DNA from: the human T2T-CHM13v2.0 reference genome, Homo sapiens
NCBI RefSeq assembly: GCF_009914755.1
Contig: NC_060943.1
Direction: 5' to 3' (one strand)
DNA: 64,000 bases
This document shows, piece by piece, positions 42,455 through 57,739 of the stretch. Position 1 is the stretch's first letter. Each line of letters starts with the position of its first letter. The notes below the pieces were generated by a model. That model searched no databases and was not told where the DNA came from. It worked only from the letters and a program-made list of their open reading frames with translations. A program made the position numbers and the translations under genes.

Positions 42455-43064
42455 TAATTTTTTGTATTTGTAGTAGAGACAGGGTTTCACCGTGTTAGCC
42501 AGGATGGTCTCGATCTCCTGACCTTATGATCCACCCGCCTTGGCCTCCCAAAGTGCTGGGATTACAGGCGTGAGCCACCGCGCCCAGCCGCGGGTAAAGA
42601 AATTTATGAAGACAATCGTAGGTAAAGGAAGGCAGATTTATTGGAGAAAGTAGGAAAAGACATTGGCAGAGAGACCCCAGCGGGCAGGTTGTCATGAGTA
42701 GCTCACTGCCAGGAGACCAAAGCTTCCTGCAGATTTTATAGAATAGGGCTTGGGCTGATTGATAATGTCAACAGGGGGTTTAACTTGCGGTCTTCTTTCA
42801 GCAGAAGTGTTTGATAAACTGAGGCGTTTCATGGCAAACAGGGAGTTTGTGAGCTCTGTGTGTGATCTGGCCAGGAAGGCCAAACATCTTGGGCCGTATC
42901 TCCTGGACCATAAAAGCAGACCTGGCCCAGTGCAGTGGTTCATGCCTGCAATCCCAGCACTTTGGGAGGCTGAGGTGGGTGGATCATCTGAGGTCAGCAG
43001 TTTTAGACTGGCCTGGCCAACATGGCGAAACCCCATCTCTACTAAAAATACAAAAATTAGCCTA

Positions 43065-43202
<138 letters not shown>

Positions 43203-43712
43203 TCAAACAGACCTATAGCTGACCTGTTTCCTCTTGTTTGTATGCCCTGAACCATGGAGGAAAGCTTATTTATTTATTTTATTGAGATGGAATCTTGCTC
43301 TGTTGCCCAGGGTGGAGTGCAGTAGTGCGATCTCTTACTACAACCTCCATCTCCCAGGTTCAAGCAATTCTCGAGCCTCTTGGCCTCCCAAGTAGCTGAG
43401 ATTACAGGCATGCGCCACCACGCCTGGCTAATTTTTGCATTTTTAGTAGAGATGGGGTTTCTGTGTTGGCCAGGCTGGTCTCGAACTCCTGAGCTCAAGT
43501 GATCCACCCCACCTCAGCCTCCCAAAGTTCTGGGATTATAGGCATGAGCCACCACACCTGGCCGGAAAACACATTTGTAGCTTATTTGCTTTATCTGATC
43601 CCGTGCCCCCCCTCCCCCCCGCCCCATCAGCCTGCCTCCTTTTCTCTAATTGGGACTCCACAGGAAATACACCTGATTTTGTGTCAATCTCACATGAGTT
43701 TGTATTTTGTAG

Positions 43713-43778
43713 CGTTTACAGAAACGAAAGGAAATGTCATCTGCCTGGGTAAAGAAGTCTTTAAAGGAAAAAAGCCAG
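43713..43778 (+). CDS. NLRP2: NLRP2 exon 5 (66 nt)
   Basis: ttttgtag|CGTTT...AAGCCAG|gtctgt; AFTETKGNVICLGKEVFKGKKP. Confidence 0.9.
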
Positions 43779-43847
43779 GTCTGTACCATATCTTCCTGCA
43801 GGGAGCTTGGGATCAGATTTCTCTTTATAAACTTGAAGTCCTCTTAA

Positions 43848-44052
<205 letters not shown>

Positions 44053-44257
44053 TAGTAGAGACAAGGTTTCTTCATGTTGGTCAGGCTGGTGTTGAACTCC
44101 CAATGTCAGGTGATCTGCCTGCCTCGACCTCCCAAAGGGCTGGGATTACAGGCATGAGCCACTGTGCCCGGCCAACACAAGGCATTTTGTTATTTTGGTT
44201 TTCCCTATGGGTAACTGATTGCATCCTCTCTCCCTTCCCTCCTCACCAATGATAAAG

Positions 44258-45824
44258 ACAAAGACAATAGGTGCAGGTATATATTGAAGACGAAGTTCCG
44301 GGAGATGTGGAAGAGCTGGCCTGGAGATAGCAAAGAGGTCCAGGTTATGGCTGAGAGATACAAGATGCTGATCCCATTTAGCAACCCCAGGGTGCTTCCC
44401 GGGCCCTTCTCATACACGGTGGTGCTGTATGGTCCTGCAGGCCTTGGGAAAACCACGCTGGCCCAGAAACTAATGCTAGACTGGGCAGAGGACAACCTCA
44501 TCCACAAATTCAAATATGCGTTCTACCTCAGCTGCAGGGAGCTCAGCCGCCTGGGCCCGTGCAGTTTTGCAGAGCTGGTCTTCAGGGACTGGCCTGAATT
44601 GCAGGATGACATTCCACACATCCTAGCCCAAGCACGGAAAATCTTGTTCGTGATTGACGGCTTTGATGAGCTGGGAGCCGCACCTGGGGCGCTGATCGAG
44701 GACATCTGCGGGGACTGGGAGAAGAAGAAGCCGGTGCCCGTCCTCCTGGGGAGTTTGCTGAACAGGGTGATGTTACCCAAGGCCGCCCTGCTGGTCACCA
44801 CGCGGCCCAGGGCCCTGAGGGACCTCCGGATCCTGGCGGAGGAGCCGATCTACATAAGGGTGGAGGGCTTCCTGGAGGAGGACAAGAGGGCCTATTTCCT
44901 GAGACACTTTGGAGACGAGGACCAAGCCATGCGTGCCTTTGAGCTAATGAGGAGCAACGCGGCCCTGTTCCAGCTGGGCTCGGCCCCCGCGGTGTGCTGG
45001 ATCGTGTGCACGACTCTGAAGCTGCAGATGGAGAAGGGGGAGGACCCGGTCCCCACCTGCCTCACCCGCACGGGGCTGTTCCTGCGTTTCCTCTGCAGCC
45101 GGTTCCCGCAGGGCGCACAGCTGCGGGGCGCGCTGCGGACGCTGAGCCTCCTGGCCGCGCAGGGCCTGTGGGCGCAGACGTCCGTGCTTCACCGAGAGGA
45201 TCTGGAAAGGCTCGGGGTGCAGGAGTCCGACCTCCGTCTGTTCCTGGACGGAGACATCCTCCGCCAGGACAGAGTCTCCAAAGGCTGCTACTCCTTCATC
45301 CACCTCAGCTTCCAGCAGTTTCTCACTGCCCTGTTCTACACCCTGGAGAAGGAGGAGGAGGAGGATAGGGACGGCCACACCTGGGACATTGGGGACGTAC
45401 AGAAGCTGCTTTCCGGAGTAGAAAGACTCAGGAACCCCGACCTGATCCAAGCAGGCTACTACTCCTTCGGCCTCGCTAACGAGAAGAGAGCCAAGGAGTT
45501 GGAGGCCACTTTTGGCTGCCGGATGTCACCGGACATCAAACAGGAATTGCTGCGATGCGACATAAGTTGTAAGGGTGGACATTCAACGGTGACAGACCTG
45601 CAGGAGCTCCTCGGCTGTCTGTACGAGTCTCAGGAGGAGGAGCTGGTGAAGGAGGTGATGGCTCAGTTCAAAGAAATATCCCTGCACTTAAATGCAGTAG
45701 ACGTTGTGCCATCTTCATTCTGCGTCAAGCACTGTCGAAACCTGCAGAAAATGTCACTGCAGGTAATAAAGGAGAATCTCCCGGAGAATGTCACTGCGTC
45801 TGAATCAGACGCCGAGGTTGAGAG
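44258..45824 (+). CDS. NLRP2: NLRP2 exon 6 (1567 nt, NACHT/HD1/WHD/HD2)
   Basis: ORF 44284..45828 with Walker A GPAGLGKT and Walker B ILFVIDGFDEL; acceptor gataaag|AC keeps the frame (DKDNRCRY); donor AG|gtgaga. Confidence 0.98.
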
Positions 45825-45966
45825 GTGAGAACCGTTTCACTCTACCAGTCGTTCCATCTTTAGCCTCATCCCATGCCCCCTTAGGAAGAGGCCAGAGCCT
45901 CCTATGCACTGTGGCTTAGGGTCAGGAATTCCCTCTTGTTGGACTCTTTGTTTGTTTTTGTTTTGA

Positions 45967-46074
<108 letters not shown>

Positions 46075-47142
46075 TAGCTGGGACTACAGGCGCCTGCCAC
46101 CTTGCCCGGCTAATTTTTATATTTTCATTAGAGACGGGATCTCAGCATGTTGGCCAGTCTGGTCTTGAACTCCGCCTGACCTCAGGTGATCCACCTGCCT
46201 CAGCCTCCAAAGTGGGATTACAGGCATGATTCACCATGCCCGGCCCAAATATATTTTTTTAAGACAGGGTCTTGCTGTGTTGCTCAGGCTGGAGTACAGT
46301 GGTGAAATCAGCTCACTGCATCCTCAAACTTCTGGGTTCAAGTGATGTTCCTGAGTACCTGGGATGACAGGTATTAAGTGTGCACCATCATGCCCAGCTA
46401 ACTTAAGTGGGGGTTTTTTTTTGTGTTTTTTTTTTTTTTGGAAAGACAAAATCTCACTATGTTGTCCAGGCTGGTCTTGAACTCCCAAAGCACTGAGATT
46501 ACAGGCATGAGTTACCACACGCCCTGCCTGAATATTTCTTATTGATATGTATAGATATGTATATTCCCAATCTTTTTTTTTTTTTTTTTTTTTTTTGAGA
46601 CGGAGTTTCACTCTTTTACCCAGGTCGGAGTGAAGTGGCTCGATCTCGGCTCACTGCAACCTCCGCCCCACCAGGTTCAATGATTCTCCTGCCTCAGCCT
46701 CATGAGTAGCTGGGATTACAGCCACCCACGACCATGCCCAGCTAATTTTTGTACTTTTAGTAGAGACGGGGTTTCACCATGTTGGCCAGGCAGGTCTCGA
46801 ACTCCCGACCTCAGGTGATCCACCCGCCTCAGCCTCACAAAGTGCTAGGATTATAGGCGTGAGTCACCGTGCCCGGTCTATATTCTCTATCTTTTATCAA
46901 TGATGTGCTTAGCATTTTAACTTATTTTTACCCTCTATTGGATTTTTGTCTAAGAAGAATAGGTTCTTTCTCCTGTGATGCTTCTTGGGTGTTGAGTTGT
47001 CTGATGGTGGTGCTAATAAGTGATTACATGGTCCAGCTTTCAATTGTACTCATTTGTCAGGGGTATATGCCCAGAGAAACCCTAAATACTTCAGCCGTGA
47101 TGGACACACATTTGGTGTAACCCTTTCTTCTCTTCCCTATAG

Positions 47143-47313
47143 ATCCCAGGATGATCAGCACATGCTTCCTTTCTGGACGGACCTTTGTTCCATATTTGGA
47201 TCAAATAAGGATCTGATGGGTCTAGCAATCAATGATAGCTTTCTCAGTGCCTCCCTAGTAAGGATCCTGTGTGAACAAATAGCCTCTGACACCTGTCATC
47301 TCCAGAGAGTGGT
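47143..47313 (+). CDS. NLRP2: NLRP2 exon 7 (171 nt, LRR)
   Basis: ccctatag|ATCC...GTGGT|gtaagt; SQDDQHMLPFWTDLCSIFGSNKDLMGLAIN...CHLQRVV. Confidence 0.95.
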
Positions 47314-47774
47314 GTAAGTAGAAACTAATTCATGAACTCAAATCCTTAGGGTATGAAAATGGTACAATGTTAACATCGGAGCAATATTCAGATTCCTGTA
47401 CTAGACTCTTAAGTGCTCGAGACACAGGGAATTGAGAGAGTCCTGTCCTTAAATTTATTTTGTGGGATAATCGTATAAAGTAATTTCTAGGGGCTGGGCA
47501 TGGTGGTTCACACTTGTAATTCCAACACTTCGGGAGGCCGAGGCAGACAGATCACTTGAGGTCAGGAGTTCGAGACCAGCCTGGCCAACGTGACAAAACC
47601 CTGCCTCTACTAAAAATACAAAAATTATCCAGGCGTGGTGGCAGGCACCTGTAATATCAGCTACTTGGGAGGCTGAGGCAGGAGAATTACTTGAACCCAG
47701 GAGGCGGAGGTTGCAGTGAACCGAGATCCTGCCACTGGACTCCAGTCTGAGTGACAGAGCGAGACTGCGTCTCA

Positions 47775-47915
<141 letters not shown>

Positions 47916-48248
47916 CTAGACCCTGTCTCTACGAAAAATACAAAAATTTGCCAGGTGTCGTGGCAGGTGCCTATAATCCCAGCTACTCCGGATGCTGAGG
48001 GTAGGAGTCGCTTGAATCCGGGAGGCAGAGTTTGCTTTGCAGTGAGCCGAGATCGCGCCACTGCACTCCAGCCTGGGCAACAGAGTGAGACTCCATCTCA
48101 AAGAAAAAAAAAATCTGTAAAGATGGACAAAAATTTAAACATGGAAAAAATAGTTCCTAAAGTTTAAATATATCGAGCCCCTGGTTTCCATTTAAGTACG
48201 ATACAGGTGTACACACTAAAGATTTCACTTTCGTTCTCTTTTCCCTAG

Positions 48249-48413
48249 GTTCAAAAACATTTCCCCAGCTGATGCTCATCGGAACCTCTGCCTAGCTCTT
48301 CGAGGTCACAAGACTGTAACGTATCTGACCCTTCAAGGCAATGACCAGGATGATATGTTTCCCGCATTGTGTGAGGTCTTGAGACATCCAGAATGTAACC
48401 TGCGATATCTCGG
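48249..48413 (+). CDS. NLRP2: NLRP2 exon 8 (165 nt, LRR)
   Basis: ttccctag|GTTC...CTCGG|gtatat; FKNISPADAHRNLCLALRGHKTVTYLTLQGN...PECNLRYL. Confidence 0.95.
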
Positions 48414-48674
48414 GTATATCTCTTAATCATTAAAATCCTTCATCATACAAACATAAGCTACCACAAGCTTATGTGGCAATTTTGTGTAAATAAGAAAAAG
48501 TTCGTTATTCTGACTAGAAACAGTACTAAGGGCAGATGACCCAGGATGCAGCATGGGCTGAACTTGAGTTTCTACTTGCCTTGAGCAGTAAACACCCTGG
48601 ACAACCATACGTGAGGACCCTGAATCCAAAGAAACTCCCAGAATCTTTATCATCTTTTTTTTTTTTTTTTATGA

Positions 48675-49107
<433 letters not shown>

Positions 49108-50355
49108 TGAGTAGCTGGGATTACAGGTGCACACCACCACACCTGGTTAATTTTTGTATTATTAGTAGAGATGGAGTTTTACCACATTGGCCAGGCTGGT
49201 CTCGAACTCATGACCTCAGGTGATCTACCCCCCCACCCCCACCCCACCCCGCCGTCGGCCTCCCAAAGTGAGGCATGAGCCACCGTGCCCAGCCCAGAAT
49301 CTTTATCTTCTATCAGAGATCATTCACTCATGGTTCATGCTTCTCCTGTATGATGATTCAGAATACCAGCTATTGACATTTTTCAAGCAAGAACCCTTCA
49401 GGAACATCAAGTTGCCCCTTTTCTGTTAGTCCTCTGGTTTGAGAGCTCTCCCCTTGGGAAGCTGTCCAGTGGCTGCCCAGGCGATGAGAACCTACATGCA
49501 TCATGGGGTTCCATGAAGCCTCACTTGGCCACACTGGTGTAGTAGGTGGTCATTGGCCTCAAATTATTGCCCTGGGCCAGGCGCAGTGGCTCACGCCTGG
49601 GAGGCCGAGGTGGGTGGATCACTTGAGGTCAGGAGTTCAAGACCGGCCTGGTCAACATGGTGAAACTCTGTCTCTACTAATAATACAAAAATTAGCTGGG
49701 CATGTTGGCGCACGCCTGTAGTCCCAGCTACTCAGGAGGCTGAGGCAGGAGCATCATTTGAACCTGAGAGGCGGAGGTTGCAGTGAGCTGAGATCACACC
49801 ACCGCACTCCAGTCTGGGCAACAGTGTGAGACTGTCTCAAAAAAAAAAAAAAAAAAATCTTGGCTGGGTGCGGTAGCTCATGCCTGTAATCCCAGCACTT
49901 TGGGAGGCCAAGGCAGGTGGATCACAAGGTCAGGAGTTCAAGACCAGCCTGGCCAACATGGTGAAACCCCACGTCTACTAAAAATACAAAAACATTAGCT
50001 GGGCATGGTGGCGCGTGCCTGTAATCCCAGCTACTCATGGAGGCTGATGCAAGAGAATTGCTTGAACCTAGGAGGCAGAGGTAGCAGTGAGCCAAGATCA
50101 CGCCATTGCACTCCAGCCTGGGCAACAGAGCAAAACTCCATCTCGAGGACAGAAAAAAAATTGATTGCTCTGGCTCTACTGATACAATCTTAGGCTGCTT
50201 AATGGGATCTTAGTTGAATAGGATGCTGTACATCTTACAGGTATTGGAAGGTTGAATGAAACCAAGCCCATGCATTCAATAGTGGCTGCTATCATTACTA
50301 ACCGTTGCAATTACCCTCTTTTCTTTTTGCCTGAGAATAATGGGATGCAGGGTGA

Positions 50356-50577
<222 letters not shown>

Positions 50578-51462
50578 TAGTAGAGACAGGGTTACGCCAT
50601 GCTGGTGGCCAGGGTGGTCTCAAACTCCTGACCTCGGGCAATCCACCACACCCAGCTAATTTTTGGTATATTTAGTAGAGCCGGGGTTTCACCGTGTTGG
50701 CTGGGCTGGTCTCGAACTCCTGACCTCAAGTGACATCCATCTTCCAAAATGCTGGGATTACAGCCATGTGCCACCACGCCCAGCTAATTCTTGTATTTTT
50801 AGGAGAAATGGGGTTTCATCATGTTGTTCCGGCTGGTCTTAAACTCCTGGCCTCATGATCCACCTGCCTTGGCCTGCCAAAGTCCTGGGATTACAGGCAT
50901 GAGCCACTGTGCCCAGCCACTCATTTCTTATGAATTTATTCTAACACATTTTCCGGATGAACAGGGCACCTTGAAACATAGGTTAGTGGGCTGGGTATGG
51001 TGGCTCCTGCCTGTAATCCCAGTACTTTGGGAGGCCTAGGCTGGTGTATCGCTTGAAGTCAGGAGTTTTTTGTTTTGAGACGGAGTCTTGCTCTGTCGCC
51101 CAGGCTAGAGTGCAGTGGAGTGATCTCGGCTTACTGCAACCTCCGCCTCCTGGGTTCAAGTGATTCTCTTGCCTCAGCCTCCTGAGTAGCTGGGACTACA
51201 GGCACGTGTCGCCACGCCCATCTAACTTTTGTATGTTTAGTAGAGCCGGGGTTTCACCATGTTGGCCAGGATGGTCTCAAACTCCTGACCTCCTGATCTG
51301 CCCACCTCGGCCTCCCAAAGTGCTGGGATTACAGGCATGAGCCATTGCCCCGGCCAAAGTTAGGAGTTTGAGACCAGCCTGGCCAACATGGTAAAACCCC
51401 ATCTCTACTAAAAAATACAAAAATTAGCCAGGCAAGATGGCATTTGCCTGTAATCCCAGCTA

Positions 51463-51723
<261 letters not shown>

Positions 51724-52122
51724 TCAAGTCGGGGTATAACACAACCAGTGAGATGTAAACCAAAGACGATTCCACGGTTAGATTCTCAAGAATGACTTGT
51801 TCTGCCGGGCGCGGTGGCTCACGCCTGTCATCCCAGCACTCTGGGAGGCCGAGGTGGGCAGATCACCTGAGATTGGGAGTTTGAGACCAGCCTGACCAAC
51901 ATGGAGAGACCCCCACCTCTACTGAAAATACAAAATTAGCTGGGCATGTTGGTGCATGGTGCATGCCTGCAGTCCCAGCTACTCGGGAGGCTGAGGCAGG
52001 AGAATCACTTGAACCCAGGAGGCGGAGGTTGCTGTGAGCCGAGATTGCGCCACCTGGGCAACAAGAGTGAGACTCAGTCTCAAAAAAAAAAAAAAAATGA
52101 CGTGGTCCTATTTCTCCCACAG

Positions 52123-52293
52123 GTTGGTGTCTTGTTCCGCTACCACTCAGCAGTGGGCTGATCTCTCCTTGGCCCTTGAAGTCAACCAGTCCCTGACGTG
52201 CGTAAACCTCTCCGACAATGAGCTTCTGGATGAGGGTGCTAAGTTGCTGTACACAACTTTGAGACACCCCAAGTGCTTTCTGCAGAGGTTGTC
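52123..52293 (+). CDS. NLRP2: NLRP2 exon 9 (171 nt, LRR)
   Basis: cccacag|GTTG...TGTC|gtaagt; LVSCSATTQQWADLSLALEVNQSLTCVNLSDNELLDEG... Confidence 0.95.
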
Positions 52294-52602
52294 GTAAGTC
52301 TCTCCTCTCTTACAGAGCAGCTGTGCTTTCGATCTGGGGCCACAGACGAGCAATGGTCATGCCTGACTTGGCTGTATGGAACCTCTCGCTGATGTGAACA
52401 CCTGTTCCCATGTTTAGATCCAGGCCGATGGCCTGTGAATTTTGTTCTTCTCTCATTCCTATTCCTTCATAGGATCACCAGTGCATGATAGAAGGTGGGG
52501 AGTTCACAAGAAGGGGCTTTTGGATGCTGGCACTTGTGGAGCTAGCCGGGAAGGTTGAAGTTGGACCTGTCAACCGTGTTGCCATTTGTGATTCTTTTGT
52601 AG

Positions 52603-52773
52603 GTTGGAAAACTGTCACCTTACAGAAGCCAATTGCAAGGACCTTGCTGCTGTGTTGGTTGTCAGCCGGGAGCTGACACACCTGTGCTTGGCCAAGAACC
52701 CCATTGGGAATACAGGGGTGAAGTTTCTGTGTGAGGGCTTGAGGTACCCCGAGTGTAAACTGCAGACCTTGGT
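52603..52773 (+). CDS. NLRP2: NLRP2 exon 10 (171 nt, LRR)
   Basis: ttttgtag|GTTG...TTGGT|gtaagt; LENCHLTEANCKDLAAVLVVSRELTHLCLAKNPIGNTG... Confidence 0.95.
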
Positions 52774-53547
52774 GTAAGTCCGTGCTGGCTGCCTGTGTGC
52801 GTGGGTGTATATGCACACGCCCCCCACCTCCGGGTTTGAGTAGGGTGGTTATGAGAACACTTAATTCCTCTAAAAGTTCCAAGCATGATGCTAATGACAA
52901 CTGGTAAGACCTGGGTAGATGATGGTAGGAAAAAAGTATAAGTAGTAGTAGAGTAGTAGTAATATTCTATAGGGATTTGGGGAATGTAGCTGGTTTTCGG
53001 GTTTTTTTTTTCCTCTTTATGTATGTATGTATTTTAGAGATGGGATCTCGCCGTGTTGCCTAGGCTGGTCTCAAACTCCTGAGCTCAAGAGATCTGCCTG
53101 CCTTGGCCTCCCAAAGTGCTAGAATTACAGGCATGAGCCATGTCACCCCATGCTGTGTTTTCTCTTAATCTGTGTTCTTAGAACTATAACTGTAACATAA
53201 ATTGCATGCAATTGGTTGTAAATGGAATTCATTTACTTATTTTTTAATGAATGATTTGCAAATCAGGTAGTCTTCTGGGCCAGTGTACGCTCAGACTCCC
53301 AATGGAAGCTATTGGAAGCTACATGCTCAATGTGATCCTCCTTTTAATACTAAAATCACAGGACACGTGGCCTGGCATAGTGGCTCACGCCTATAATCCC
53401 ATCACCTTGGGAGGCCGAAGCAAGGCAGATCCCTTGAGGGCAGGAGTTCAAGACCAGCCTGCCCAACATGGTGAAACATTGTCTCTCTACTAAAAATACA
53501 AAAATTAGTCACGCATGGTGGGACATGCCTGTAATCCCAGTTACTCA

Positions 53548-53649
<102 letters not shown>

Positions 53650-55925
53650 TCAAAAAAAAAAAATTATAGGACAAATCTTTAGAAAGGAATTGGGGCCTGG
53701 CATGGTGGCTCATGCCTGTAATCTCAGCACTTTAGGAGGCGGGCAGAACACCTGAGGTCAGGAGTTTGAGACCAGCCTGGCTGATGCAGTGAAACCCTGT
53801 CTCTACTAAAAATACAAAAATTAGCTAGGCGTGGTGGTATGGTCCTGTAATCCCAGCTACTTGGGAGGCTGAGGCAGGAGAATCGCTTGAAGTCGGGAGG
53901 TTGCAGTGAGCCGAGATCGTGCCAGCCTGGGTGACAGAACGAGATTGTCTCAAAAAAAAAAAAAAATTGTATCTGCACTGATGGTTTCTGTTCAGAGATT
54001 CGATTTTATGTTAACATCTCTGGTATTTTTTTTTTTTTTTTTTAAGATGGAGTTTTACTCTTGCCCACGCTGGCAATGGCATGATCTAGGCTCACTGCAA
54101 CCTCCGGCTTCAAGGAGGTTGATTCTCCTGCCTCAGCCTCCTGAGTAGCTGGGATTACAGGCACTCACCACCACGCCGGGCTAATTTTTATATTTTTAGT
54201 AGAGATGGGATTTCACCATGTTGGCCAGGTTGGTCTCGAACTGACCTCATGATCCGCCCGCCTCAGCCTTCCAAAGTGCTAGGATTTACAGGCATGAGCC
54301 ACTGCGTCCAGCCATACATATCTCTGGTATTCTTTGTCTCTAACATCACCTCCAACAGTTAGGAACTGTCCTCTTCCTATGAAGTAACTAATCTAGGATA
54401 TGTACCTGGCATCTGAAAACTACCCACTTAAATTTAATGACATATTCAGTTCATGGCTGGAGACGATGAGTAGAAGGAAAGGATTCTTCCCACACCCACT
54501 ATATCTAGGCCCTGAAACATTAAAAAAGAAGTCCCACAAGCAGTGAGATGTCACCGACTCACTAACTGTATCTTCAAATGAATGTCTAGTTTTTTTGGTT
54601 GTGTGTGTGTGTGGTGTGTGGTGTGTGTGGTATTTTTTTGGGGGGGGGGGTTTTCTTTTTTTTTTTTTTTTGGTTTTTTTTTTTTGATAGTCTTGCTCTG
54701 TCGCCCAGGCTGGAATGCAGTGGCTCCATCTCAGCTCACTGCAACCTCCACCTCCTGAGTTCAGGTGTGATTCTCCTGCCTCAGCCTCCCAGGGATTAAG
54801 GTGCATGCCACCACGCCCAGCTAACTTCTTTATTTTTAGTAGAGACGAGTTTTCACCATGTTGGTCAAGCTGGTCTCGAATTCCTGACCTCAGGTGATCC
54901 ACCCACCTCAGCCTCCCAAAGTGCTGGGATTACAGGTGTGAGCCACCGTGCCGGCCCCCTCAATTCAACTTTTTGATCCATGCCCCTATTTTGCTAAGTT
55001 GTCAACTTCCCTTTAGTCTTATGTGGGTTTTCCTCCATTACAGTCATGGAAGTTTCTAGAAGGCCGGGTAGGGTCTTTGAGAGGCCGAGGCAGGTGGATC
55101 ATGAGGTCAGGAGTTCAAGACCAGCCTGGCCAACATGGTGAAACCCTGTCTTTACTAAAAATACAAAAATTAGCCAGGCGTGGTGTCGGAGCCTGTAATC
55201 CCAGCTTACTTGGGAGGGTGAGGCAGAGAATTGCTTGAACCTGGGAGGCGGAAGTTGCAGTGAGCTGAGATTGTGCCACTGTACTCCAGCCTGGGTGTCA
55301 GAGCGAGACTGTCTCAAAAAAAAAAAAAAAAAAAGTTTCTATACATTCATAAAGTTTCAAGATTTGGGGGTGTGTTTTCACTTCTCCATCGTCATGGACT
55401 CCAATCTGCCATCTATTTCCAAGGCCCTTCCAGGTCCTGTGTCCCTCAGCTAGTGGTATGCTTCACTTGGGACCCAGAGATACATGGGCATTATAGTTCA
55501 AATTATAATTAAGTTTAGAACTCTATTGAGACAGAAGAAAGAAAACAGAGCTAAGGTGAAATATCTCTGATAATCTGTGTTGGTTAATATCTAGGATCCT
55601 AGTACCAGATATGTTGGAGTGTGAGCTGGTGTCTTCTGCCTGTAAGACACTACCTCTCTAGCAACTGAATTTAGCAAATACAATCGTAATCCCAGCATGT
55701 TAGGGAGGCCAGGGTGGGCAGATCATCTGAGGTCGGGAGTTCAAGACCAGCCTGGCCAACATGGGGAAACCCTGTCTCTACTAAAAATACAAAACTTAGC
55801 TGGGTGTGGTGGCACGCGCATGTGTGTACACACACACACCCCCCTGTAATCCCAGCTACTCGGAAGGCTGGGGCACAAGAATCGCGTGAAACCAGGAGGC
55901 GGAGGTTGAAGTGAGCCACCGTGCC

Positions 55926-56234
55926 AGCTGAGAATCCTTTTTACTTCTCCAACTTCTGTTGGCCACCTGCATTCCTTGGCTTGTGGCCCTTCCTCCAACT
56001 TCGGCAGAGCATCTTCAAACGTTGCCCTGGCTCCCTTATCACGTCACCTCCTGCTGGCTTTGACTCTCAGCTCCCTCTTATGAGGATCCCTGTGATTGCT
56101 GGACCTACCCAAATAAACCAGGATATAAACCATCTTAAGATGCTCAGTCACCTCTACGAGGTCCCTTTTGCTCGCAGGTGCCAGGAGTTGGGACTTGGAC
56201 ATCTTTAGGGGAGGCCATTCTTCTGTCCACCACA
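55926..56234 (-). mobile_element. MLT1-family (ERVL-MaLR) LTR fragment
   Basis: cattccttggcttgtggcc...tcttatgagga...ggacatcttt...gccatt...ctgtccaccaca is a typical MaLR terminus. Confidence 0.65.
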
Positions 56235-56368
56235 CCACCCCATGATTCCATTTCCATGTCACCACTGTCTCTAAGTGTGTCTAACCCACGGCTCAAGAGT
56301 CAAAGGTGCATCACAGCAGTGAGAACTCACAGGTTCGGGTTTGCTTTCTTCCTGTGGTTGATTTCTAG

Positions 56369-56539
56369 GCTTTGGAACTGCGACATAACTAGCGATGGCT
56401 GCTGCGATCTCACAAAGCTTCTCCAAGAAAAATCAAGCCTGTTGTGTTTGGATCTGGGGCTGAATCACATAGGAGTTAAGGGAATGAAGTTCCTGTGTGA
56501 GGCTTTGAGGAAACCACTGTGCAACTTGAGATGTCTGTG
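56369..56539 (+). CDS. NLRP2: NLRP2 exon 11 (171 nt, LRR)
   Basis: tttctag|GCTT...CTGTG|gtgagt; LWNCDITSDGCCDLTKLLQEKSSLLCLDLGLNHIG... Confidence 0.95.
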
Positions 56540-56711
56540 GTGAGTTAACTTATAAGTTCAACTTCCTATACTTACACCTTACTGAATCTGTGGCTAGTGT
56601 AAAATAATCAGTGAAGCCGACTTCCCAAGTTATATAATTGAGAGGACCTTTATAGAGTCGATCGAGCATTTACTAGGATGGTTAAAGGAATAAGTTCTAG
56701 TCTATGTCTAA

Positions 56712-56945
<234 letters not shown>

Positions 56946-57343
56946 TGATCCGCCCATCTCGGCCTCCCAAAGTGCTGGGATTACAGGCGTGAGCCACTGC
57001 GCCAGGCCCTATGTCTAAGTTCTAGTCTGTGTCATGCAAAGAACACCTGTGAAATTTTAAGGATACAGTGCCTCAAGCCATTCAGCCAAAAGCCACTGCC
57101 CAGCACCCCACATTCAGAGAGGTGGGAATTGGGCCAGGCACAGTGGCTCATACCTGTAATCCCAGCACTTCGGGAGGCCGAAGCGGGCGGATCACTTAAG
57201 GTCAGGAGCTCAAGACCAGCCTGGCCAACTTGAAACTCCATCTCTACTAAAAATATAAAAATTAGCCGAGCATAGTAGTGGGTGCCTCTTTTTTTTTTTT
57301 TTTTTTTTTTGAGATAGTTTCACTCTTGTTGCCCAGGCTGTAG

Positions 57344-57457
<114 letters not shown>

Positions 57458-57527
57458 TAATTTTGTATTTTTAGTATAGACGGGGTTTCTCCATGTTGGT
57501 CAGGCTGGTCTCGACCTCCGGACCTCA

Positions 57528-57739
<212 letters not shown>

